In this document: positions 53,991-64,000 of the stretch, in pieces | How the letters are laid out: each line of letters starts with the position of its first letter | Position numbering within the stretch: position 1 is the stretch's first letter | DNA from: Polymyxa betae A26-41 | Lineage: Eukaryota; Protista; Endomyxa: Phytomyxea | DNA length: 64,000 nt | Direction of reading: 5' to 3' | Assembly (NCBI GenBank): GCA_003693705.1 | Contig: RBZT01000794.1 | Coordinates: 1 to 64,000, forward strand | Translations under genes and position numbers: made by a program | Notes under the pieces: model-generated | Databases searched by the model: none | What the model saw: the letters and a program-made list of their open reading frames with translations, nothing else | What the model was told of the DNA's origin: nothing

Positions 53991-54951
53991 ACCAAACATT
54001 CTGTCTTCGTTCTGCTTCGTAACCTGTTCGCTCTTCGTTTCGTCTTATCATTTAGTCCTGTCCTCTTCCGTCTTGCTCCTGTGGTCTTCTTCTCAGTTCT
54101 CTAGTTCGCCTCCCCTTTTTGATTCTTTAGGGTCTTTTACATTCTGCTTATACTTTTGAATCTGCACAGGTTGCAGCTTGTATTTTCGAGCAGTAAACCA
54201 AATTCGTCTTCTCCACAGACCACAATGAGCCGCTGCTCTTCCAGGGAGTAAGCACCTTTGGCTCGGTCCAAATCCACAGACAGCTAGACGTTCTATATGA
54301 ATTGTTTTAACGCGCTCTTTTTATCCGCAGTAAAAAATCAGTGCGAATGCGCGTCTGTGGTGAAATTGGACACCAAGATATCCCGCTTCTTTCTTTTCCG
54401 ACCTCGGAGAATGAATTTCACATTGGGGGGATATCTTCACCTCTTTTACGGTATTGAATGGGTGTCACTATATCGAGGGAGAACTCTGTACGTATCTCGA
54501 AGCTATACTTCGTGATGGTTAAATCGACTTAACCGTTGACATCGAATTTTCTACTCTTCAACACGCATTTCGAGTTTGAGTTCGGGCGTAATGCATTCTG
54601 TGAACTTTCAAATGTCGCCGCAAAGCGGTAGAACTTCCGAACTTATCAGCTTTCGGGACCATAAAGCTGAGTTGAGGTCTATCAAGTCGAGGTTTAAGAC
54701 TCAACCGATTCATAAAATTATAAGCGCTATTGATACATGAACTTCGTTAACAACTCTGAACTTCAGTGCGAAATAAGGCCGCCTATATACCGCCCATTCC
54801 TTGACCATCACTGACCATAGCCGCTTCATAATCAATAAGTGCTGCTTTTCGGGATTGAGCACACGCAGCCCCCGAGGGGAGCTTTTTCGAAGAAATATTC
54901 CGTGGACGGGCTCTTGCGGGTCGTGCTGATCCCTTGGCGTTGCAATCGGGT

Positions 54952-56144
54952 ATGGCGCCCGATTCTAATCTGTCCGAATCGGAGGACGATCTCAACAACG
55001 GCAACGGCCTTGGCCAGTCTGTGTCCGATGACGAAGACACCATGATGGCAGACGAGGTCGCATCCAGTAGGAAGGCGGCCGCCGCCGTTGGCCCTGATCA
55101 GATTCTATCGTTCGTCAGACGGTTAGCTAGAGAAGGTCCAAGGCAATTGACGTCGTCGGAATCCGACCTCGCCAAAACCATCGTCGCTATTCGGAAAAAA
55201 TGGCCTTCTGGTGTTCAGACCAAACAGGTTCGCTTTGCATTAAGTTCTTCCCGTCTGCTCGGTCTTCCACTGATGGTTTTGATGTGTAATTTTATGAAAA
55301 CTTTTCGTGATTTTTGTATACATCCAATTTTCACGTTTGCTGAATTCTGAGGTTCATTCTTAGGCACTGTCAAGAACACGTCGAAGGGCGGCTCTAAGCG
55401 GAGCAATTCCACATGCAGCCATATTGGAAGATGCTGAAGGTAAACCAAGGAAAAGGAGGATGCCATCAAGGATGTTGCCTGATCTAGACTCGGGACCATC
55501 TGAGCTCATTTACAAAGGCAGTGTACTGGAGATTTTACCACAAAGGAAAAAAGGTCAAACTTCTGCTTTGTTGTAATTCGTGTCTTTAATGTTGCCATAG
55601 TGGACGCTCTGCTGTCATCAGTAGCTGCATTCTTCCATCAGCCGAATAAAATCGGTGTTCCACCTGGAATGGAGCGTTACATCATGCCAGATCAGGACCG
55701 TTTGTGCTATTCAACGCTCGATGCGTTATTGTCGCCATTACGGAAGCAATCTGTTTGGGGTGCGTGTTTGTCCATTCTAGCTCGAATGAAGTCACCGTTT
55801 AATCTCCGTCAGAAACGTGGTCGCCGATCCAGCTGGCCTTGTTTGAGGCAGGGATTTATACACTAGGGAAGAACTTTCATGAAATAGCTAAACTGGTTAG
55901 CTCGCTATGTGTGTCTGTTATGATATTCTGAACGTCGGCTTAGATTGATAATAAGACCACGGGTGATATCGTCAATCTCTATTATCATTGGAAGCAAAGC
56001 ACCCACTACAACATGTGGAAATCCCTTGGCAAACCGATCGTTTCGCAAACGGCATCGTCACCGTCGCCTACAAGCAAAAGCAATTCAGGACCTGCTGCTT
56101 CTCTATCGGCTCGACAAAATGGACAAGATGCTGCAAACTTGTGA
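54952..56144 (+). CDS. SANT/Myb-domain chromatin protein (MIER/ELM2-SANT-like SANT)
   Basis: WETWSPIQLALFEAGIYTLGKNFHEIAKL|IDNKTTGDIVNLYYHWK assembled across introns. Confidence 0.8.
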
Positions 56145-56283
56145 TCTGGAGCAAATTTCACACAATCACGTAATTCTATAATTGCAATAAATGTTATACG
56201 ATTTATTCCTTCGTGAAATATTCGCGTTCTTATAAATTGTATGAATCTGGGAAATCGATCTGTATTGTTCCCTGACGTCCATT

Positions 56284-57927
56284 CTAAGCGTCTCCGGAAA
56301 CAGGATCCCAGAACCTATACGTGTATTTAGCTACGATCTCTTGACACTAATCAGATTACCAAAAATTGGCCGCCCATTTCTGCCCTTTGATCACCGGACA
56401 GCCTAGAGAAGCAGTTTAAATTTCGATTTCGTATTGGCCATTCGATAATTACCTCCATGCAAAGCATTATGGTCAAGATTGCCATCAGGTAACATAGTGA
56501 AGAAAAGAGCAGCTCGTCCTTTTTTCGGTGGAATTCGGAATCCTTCCGGATTGGTACAAGCATTGTCGACGAAATTATTGCCCATTCTTGGGAATACTGT
56601 GGCACCGCCCTCCTCCACGTCGCTCAAATAGAGAAATAAAGTGGCGTAGCGATTCTTTCCTTCCTGAACGGCCTTGTATGTGGGATAGTCGGCAGGTTTG
56701 AAGTAATCATCCTAAAGCACAGGTGACGTTAGAATCATCTGACTCAGAGAATCCGTGTAAATTTACGTGTGGTTGATCTGAGACAGCGGTTAATATTTCC
56801 ATCAACTTTACGAGGCAAAGATACACTTACATTCCTGAGTCTCTTGGTACAGAAGAACCTGCAACGATTCCGAATGCTTCTTCCAGGAATCTACATGAAA
56901 GTCGACATTGAGAAAGCTAAATCCTCTTCGGAACACATCTGGTCAAGATTTAAGCGTCATCAAGCTCGGTTTTGGATGGTGTTTCACTTTCGACAATTTT
57001 CGATTTTTCAGCGCCCATCCACATATTCGTCGAAGTGCGCGCAACAATATATTCGCCTGTCATTTTGACTCCCGATCTGCAAATGATGGATGTTCAGCAC
57101 TTGATGAACGCTGATAGGTGAGATATCAACCTTTTCATTTCTCCCGACTCTTGGGCTTCTTTGATTATGAAATCGCACTCATCGGCACTCAAAAAATCAT
57201 CAATTACAAAGATTTTCGGTGTAATAGCAAGGGTTTTCATCTTGAGTGTTAACTTAGAATCATCCGCAGCTATGCCATCTTGAGCTGTGTAGTGCCCCGG
57301 ACTGACGACACGTTCAATTTCGTGGCCAATTTCAACAGGATCAGCCACCCATTTAACCATTCGGTGACGTGGATGCACATTGATCCAGCTGAAACCGTGC
57401 TCCTAACGTATGTTAGCTTTCCAAGCGAAAGATGATAACTAAAGTACCTTCATATAATCCTCGTGAAAGCTACTCTCGAATCTCGAGTAAACTTCGGTGA
57501 CTTTTTCGTCTTCCACCACGAAAGACATCACATATTCTTGAGTGGAGGCAATTCTCCAGACCCAAACATGCCCAACGAAGCTGTTGAACTGCTGTGAAGC
57601 TCCAGGCTCTATCGTGCCCATCTTGATTTCTTCGTTATCATGATTGGCCCAAAAGATGTCTAAAGTAACATCATGACGATTGAAGAAGTCAAGCTTCACA
57701 GAAATGAATTCAGTTGGAGCAGATGGAACTTCAGGTCGATCAGCCATTGGCGATGCTGTAGTCGGGTTTGCCTTGTCATCTTTGACGAAAGTTGGCAGGA
57801 TAAAGACAGCAACGACGCTGAGTAAAGCAACAACAATCGCTGCCTTGACACCAACGGTGCCTACACGCTTCTTTGCCGCTGGCGGCGCTGACGTCGACGA
57901 CTGCTTAGGTTTAGAATCGGCCGTCAT
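56284..57927 (-). CDS. Type II membrane prolyl 4-hydroxylase with a VHL-beta-like domain
   Basis: TM (AAIVVALLSVVAVFIL); FFNRHDVTLDIFW..GTIEPG..NSFVGHVWVWR; PKIFVIDDFLSADEC; NRYATLFLYLSDVEEGGATVFP; LHGGCPV..KWAAN. Confidence 0.9.
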
Positions 57928-58035
57928 GTTAACCAACAATATCTCGAGATTTGATATTGACGATCGAAACCGATCCTGAAATCTCACTCTCCGGATCGTT
58001 CCAAGAAGTTATCTTATTATCTAACCAGTGGTCGC

Positions 58036-60417
58036 ATGGACAGCAACGTGCAACGAGGGCAGATTGCAACACGCCTGTGACTTCAGGCAGTCCATATGGC
58101 TATGTCCGGCATATCCATAACGAAGCCAATCTTCCATATCGCGATAATCTTCCATCCTTTGATAGCCATCATTCCAACGATGCCGCCAATGATCGCCGAC
58201 CAGGCAGCAGGCGACACCCCCCAGCATTGGCTGTTTTAACATCAACACCAAATAACAGAATGGAAGAAGTGTGAAAAAGACAGTATGGAGTGAAACGCAG
58301 TAGGCGGCCACGCAGGAGGCCAGTGACGGTGCCTCCCACACGGATGTCCAGTCGCGATGTTCTCCATAATCGGACAGATAATGACCGGTTTTGCGTTACA
58401 ATCCTGCCTGTGACGTCTATATCCCCGGGCCATAGTACACGCTGACAATCGATATCATTAAGCGACCCATCGTGCCCCCGCTCCCTGCCATGGCGCCGGC
58501 CAGGTATGAGCGCCTTCGTGAACAGGCTGCCGATGACCAAGACGATTGCCGATCAGAGACCACAGTGGAAAGCGTCGGAAGCGAAAGAATACTGAACGAC
58601 CCGCCTGACCGGCATGATATCTGGAACCAGGTCGAATAGTGTCGCTGTAATGGTTTCGAGCTGATTGGATACAGCCATGGTGGTTGTTTCTGCTGATGGT
58701 GTTGCTGTTCTTGGGCCTGGTCGCAGCTAGTATCGGTGTGCATGCTGCTGTATGCTCGTCGAAACCGATTGTTACCGATCCCATCACCGATGCAGCTTTC
58801 ACCAAGCTTTTGATTCGCGAACAGCTCAGCACCATGTATATAGGGCGAGGAGCCAACACGACCATGTGTTCAATTCCAAGGCTATCTGTTGATGGAATTG
58901 GGCCATCATGGAGCCTGACCTCAGAAACGGTTTCCATGAGCAATCTCAACTTCGTGCTTGGGGATCGGATTTTGCTCTCGGTCTCGAATGCACTCCAGGC
59001 TCTGGTTGATTTCGGGGTGCAGTCGACGCTTGGCATCGAGCAGAGTGTAGCACCGGGGAGAATTCGTCTCATTGATGTTCCCCAAGCAGACATTTTTCTC
59101 GCTCAGTTGAGCGCCGGTACGACGACAGTCGAATCGCAACGTGGATTCCAACGAGGCCGTGGTCTGTCGATTCCAATGTAAGGGCGGTTGTCGCAATTCT
59201 AGCTATCAGATTGTGATTGTTGGTAGGATTGTTGGAGGCAATCTTCCTGATATCACCAGCGATTATAATACGGATCTTATCGGGGCCATCGATACAGCGA
59301 AAAACGTCGTCTTCATGCTCCAAGACGCATGCTTACGCGCTCGGCACGGAAATGAAACCCGAAACTCTTGTGGAGACTGCCTGGAGAACAACAACTTATC
59401 GGTGCTAAGGTAGCCTCAGCTTGAATTTCAGTAATGATAAGCTTATGGTTGTAGCGAGATGACAGAAGTCGAGTATGGCGTGATTGCTTCAAACAATCAC
59501 TTTGAACATCATATGCACTCGCTATTGGTGGAGCCCGGCATTCCTGTTCGTCTCAGAGTTTACAACTCGGCATCTGGAACAAACTTCTTTCTGAATATCA
59601 CCAGCGATGATGTATTTGTCGAATCGAAACTTATCGCCATCGATGGGCATTGGATTGCCCCTATCGATGTGAACACGTTAACTGAGCGGTTATGGGTTGG
59701 TGTCGGGCAGCGTATGGATATTCTTGTTTTCGTTCCGAACAGACGGTGGACACGTATTCTTATCCTAGCCGTTGAGGAAGGAAGGGAATTTGGACGTCAG
59801 ACTGGTAAATGACAGCCAACTCTGATTTCGGTTGTTGAGTGCCTTATCCAGGAATGTCATTACAAACGGATATGTCGATGTCGAGTTCGAGGACAGTTAA
59901 GGATCCACCGCGGTTAGGGGAGTCGGCTTTATACAAAAGCTGGGGAACTGAACTAGTGGCCCGCAAACCGATTTTTGGAAACGGACTCGAAGAGTATGAA
60001 GTCGAACTTACGAATCCGGCAGAACTTACAAATTCAGCCGCACACTCCGTTCTGACTGCTGATGTGAATGCTGTATTATACCTGGACAACCAGAATACTG
60101 TTAATGGAAGGCGTGGAACAAATACTTCTAATGCAACCTATGTCCATGTCACACTGGGCAACCAAGTTTCTATCACATTCGTTAGCAATGCTACTGAAGC
60201 GTTGCCGATGCGTGTTTATGGCCATTCATTCACGATATCTAGGTTGAATGGCAAAGTAGTTGAATCAGGGATCGAAAGGGATACTGTTCTTATCCCGCCC
60301 AAGAACAATGTAACAATATCCTTTACAGCCCTCAATCCAGGCTCGTTTCCTATCGCCTGCATGAACGAGTTCCGACGTGCGAAAGGAATGGTTGCCTATC
60401 TTGAATATGTTATTTAA
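58036..60417 (+). CDS. Membrane-anchored multicopper-oxidase-fold protein lacking copper ligands; start uncertain
   Basis: TM helix at about 58680-58750; VRLRVYNSASGTNF..LIAIDG..GQRMDILV; RDTVLIPP..FTALNPG; degenerate L3/L4 motifs. Confidence 0.8.
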
Positions 60418-60476
60418 TATGTGACAGAATGATTAATGCTAGTCTAAGGATAATAAAAATACATTATATTGACAGA

Positions 60477-61956
60477 CTAGGTCCTAGTAGGTGAGGACCT
60501 TACAGGTGGCTGCCGAGCATGGACACCCAACCAATAGTAGATCTTAGTTAACGTCGTAAACCAAGACTCACCGGATTTTACATCCATATCTACATCCAAA
60601 TTAGCGATATGCGATATCAATGATATATTCTCACAATGGTGTTCATCGTCAGTGGGCCTCGATTGCCACTGAGACGCGTGCCTTGCGCCAATAGCGGGTG
60701 GTGGCGGTTGCGGATGGGCGGGGTTCGGTGTAGATGCATGCGACATTGCTGATTGCTGAGCAGATTGCTTTACCGAGGCGGATCGAGGCGGTAAAGGCGA
60801 CATGGGCGATTTCGGGCCATTTTGTCGGGATCCAACTGAGCTTGGCGAAAGCGGTTCTTGTTGAGACGATACAGCACTTCGCACAGCATCAGAGGTCACT
60901 GCAGAAATTCCACCTAGCGGATCGAATATCGAAGCTAGTTGGTCTGCGGACGAATTTTGGCTTAGTGACCATGTCCGGAAGAGAGCATCAAAAGCGTCAT
61001 TTCTTGAGGGAAATTGTTCAAAGAAGAACTAATTTCAGGACGATTAGAACGTTGGAAAATGCAAAACATTCCATTACTTTTGTGTCTCGCATTGTGCTGA
61101 CAACAACTCCTTCTGAAAGACCATAATCTTCAGCTGTTAGATCAATAATCTCTGATAGCGGAATCCCAATCTAATCGAACACTTGAAAATGCCATCGTTT
61201 ATAATTGGAATTCTGCATACCTTTACTGGCTTTCTTAATGCACTGCTTTCTTCAGCAAACGATAAATGCCGATTAGATATGAAAATTGTTCCAGCGTGCC
61301 TTTTCTTTATCTTTCTAGCTTGAAATGAAGAAAGGGACTCCCATAACATACATTTCGTCACTAAACTGATATTCAGACAACCATCACAACTGTAGAAGCA
61401 ATTCCAAACCATGAAGCAGCTTCTCATCAAATGGAAAAGTATTGAACTGCTTCTTAAATTCCATAATATCATCGGCAGATGCCGGAGGCAATCTTATTGG
61501 TGCATCCAGCGGATCGATGTTGAAAGGTGGCCGGAACACCTCGCCCGTATCGAGATTGCGAACCACGAACTGGTCGCTTATCGACATGAAGGGCCGTTGC
61601 GGCGACCGTCGAGGGAACAGCGTCGGCCCGGGTCTGTCCTATAAAATGGATCTGTCGAAGCGCTGAAGGAAGAGGTCGGACGAGTTCAAGACTCTAACTG
61701 CTTGTAAAGTAAAGCAGGACCTTAAAGGAAGTTGAAAACAGTATTGCTACGCAGTATATAAAGTATCATCATGGGCTATGTCGTCCATTGACAGCATGGC
61801 TGTGACGTGTGCAACGTTGGGAGAAGTTCTAGATGCAGATGCATCTGGGCTTTCAAATTCGGGTGAAGGATCCATGTGAACGCAGGTCGTTGATGTTGGA
61901 AACTGTGTTGCTGAGGAACTGGAACGGCGGTGATCTCTAATAGAAATTGAGCCCAT
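60477..61956 (-). CDS. GRAM-domain protein, multi-exon
   Basis: FKKQFNTFPFDEKLL...HAGTIFISNRHLSF...IPLSEII, followed by a Ser/Pro-rich tail. Confidence 0.65.
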
Positions 61957-62431
61957 TCTGCATTAAAACGCTATCGTTGTATTTTGTTTAAATCTCTGTT
62001 TGCTTTTGAAATGTCTAGAAGGTTAATGAAAGGTTTGGAAGCAGGCAACTATCTATGATTGGATAGCATCGTTGCTTAAGGAAATACAGCATTAGCTTTG
62101 GTCGTCGCACGTCTTGTCTTGACTTCGTGTCTGATCTTGCTGAGCAAAGATTCTTGCGATTCCAAGAAACAAACAAGGTGAGGTTTGCAACTCCTCTATT
62201 TCGAGCGCATAGAATTCACTCGTAATGCAACTGATCTGAATACCATCGTCTTCGATAAGCTGCTGCAAATAACTTTCAGAACGCATTCGATAAATTAATA
62301 TATATTGGCAAGATATAATTGAATAAACATAGGGTTAGTTTCTGGTTCTGGAACGCCTTATCTCCATCGGCTTGGCCTGGGCCTGAAGTTTTTCTCCAGG
62401 AAGCTGAGGGAAACCCACCGATAAAGATGAC

Positions 62432-63046
62432 CTATGTCAACCATGAGCAAGCGCTGCAAGTAATATGAGGTCCTGCTGACTTATTGAAAAGCACATTGCA
62501 AACGGATGCTATTACAGAAAACAGACATCCATAATGAAATGCGATACCCGAACCAGTAAATATCCAGACAAGAGACATCACGATCGGAGAAAGAATCCCT
62601 ATTGTCGTTGCCATTTGCTGTACTACAATTTTGTTGCTATTGCCCATCAAAACAGAGAGAAGAACCAGACCTATTGTTGATGATGGTCATCAGCACGACC
62701 AAAGTTTGCAAATCAATTAACCTTGTGTCAAAATTATGCCAAAAATGGCACACAGTATCACAAAAACGCCCGAATCAACGGCTCCGATGTAATATGCTAT
62801 CAGAGTCGCTGACATGGCCACAGAAGGGAATAGTGGAATGGCCAAGGCTTTATCAGCAAAGCCTGTCTCTGACTGCGATAATGCCATGATAGAATATACT
62901 GTTAGAGTGGCATTCACCCCAAAAATGGAAAGATGGGCGGCTTTGGGATCGGATAGAAGATTGAGCAGGAAGGAAACCGGCCAGACGAATAGAAACAGAA
63001 ACCAGAGCTTGATGATGAGAATCAAGAACTGGGACAGAGCCGTCAT
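62432..63046 (-). CDS. Multi-pass membrane protein of unknown family (partial model)
   Basis: Two strongly hydrophobic ORFs (62717-63046, 62432-62650) joinable by a short intron. Confidence 0.45.
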
Positions 63047-63688
63047 GGACAGGGAGTCCTACGACTCGCAATGACCCTTATGGGAGCTTCCGATACCACC
63101 GCACCCGGGTACCAGTAGTATCAATATAAAAGAAGCCGGTCGCAAACAACGATCTCCAAGGATTTATTTGTACTGATAAATCTCAGCAGATTCGTCATTG
63201 GTCAACAGCTGGCTTTTTGCACAAACAATCACCTTCGCTATTATTTTTCATTTTGCCCACTTATATATCTATAAACAAAAAGGGCTTTCTAAAACCTCAT
63301 TTTGAAAGATATCGTTTATTCTCAATTCTGTAATATCGAAGGACGCAAGCGCGAGCTGCGGAATAAGGCGAACTGCGAAAAAGGTAAAAAACACAGGAGT
63401 TTGTATGGTTTTGACTGAATCATTCTTTCACTTTTGCTGACATCAGCCAACGATGAGGATCAATATCCACAGCGTCCTCGATTGAAGAGATCTTAATGGT
63501 GACCAACGGCCGACAGGGATCTCCCGATCGCCGACTTGTATAGGCCGCGTCGGCCGCTGTAGATTGTCGAATCGAGTGGCGCTGGTTGGTTCTGGGCGAC
63601 TGAGAGGAGGGCTGCGCAGTGGAAGGTCTGTGTACCGGAAAACCCTGATCCCATAGTCGATTAGATGAGCCACTGTGACTGGCTGTAA

Positions 63689-64000
<312 letters not shown>

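Noticed and set aside
44000-54700. Possible Fanzor/TnpB nuclease next to Helitron, MULE, pogo or Harbinger relics
   Set aside because: No RuvC D-P-G / E / RD.N motifs with a zinc finger found in the frames inspected; pogo ORF2 is too short and lacks them.

Overview
Eukaryotic, gene-dense protist DNA with many short (about 45-60 nt) spliceosomal introns, so the ORF track splits most genes. The lineage is probably a phytomyxid/plasmodiophorid-like rhizarian; this is inference from intron size, gene content and TTTAGGG/TTTTAGGG motifs, not proven. Layout: (i) 1-2.5 kb, stacked PIF/Harbinger relics. (ii) 4.3-44 kb, a housekeeping block: BUD13, AsnRS, a WDR26-like gene with doubled LisH-CTLH, importin-4, TMEM260, FAH, RPL11, BolA, NDUFA12-family, a stand-alone Rnl1/Trl1-type RNA ligase, RhoGEF, ILEI-ankyrin protein, CaMKK-like kinase, COX10, GPKOW/Spp2, NDOR1 and DHX16/Prp2. 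It is broken by a decayed segment at 21.3-23.9 kb holding a MITE. (iii) 44-54.7 kb, a transposon graveyard: MULE, Helitron, a structurally complete pogo element, a Harbinger fragment, a TRIM, an LTR+PBS and gag relics. (iv) 54.9-64 kb: SANT protein, VHL-domain prolyl 4-hydroxylase, copper-ligand-less multicopper oxidase, GRAM protein and ubiquitin. Most notable: a 2,036-bp pogo element with perfect 25-bp TIRs carrying a second, convergent HIRAN-like/Cys-His gene; telomere-type repeats inside several tiny introns; Prp2 next to its cofactor Spp2, with a shared TGCGCAACA motif upstream of three splicing genes; and a 368-bp TRIM and a ~145-bp MITE whose empty sites can be reconstructed within the window. 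Exon boundaries are manual estimates.
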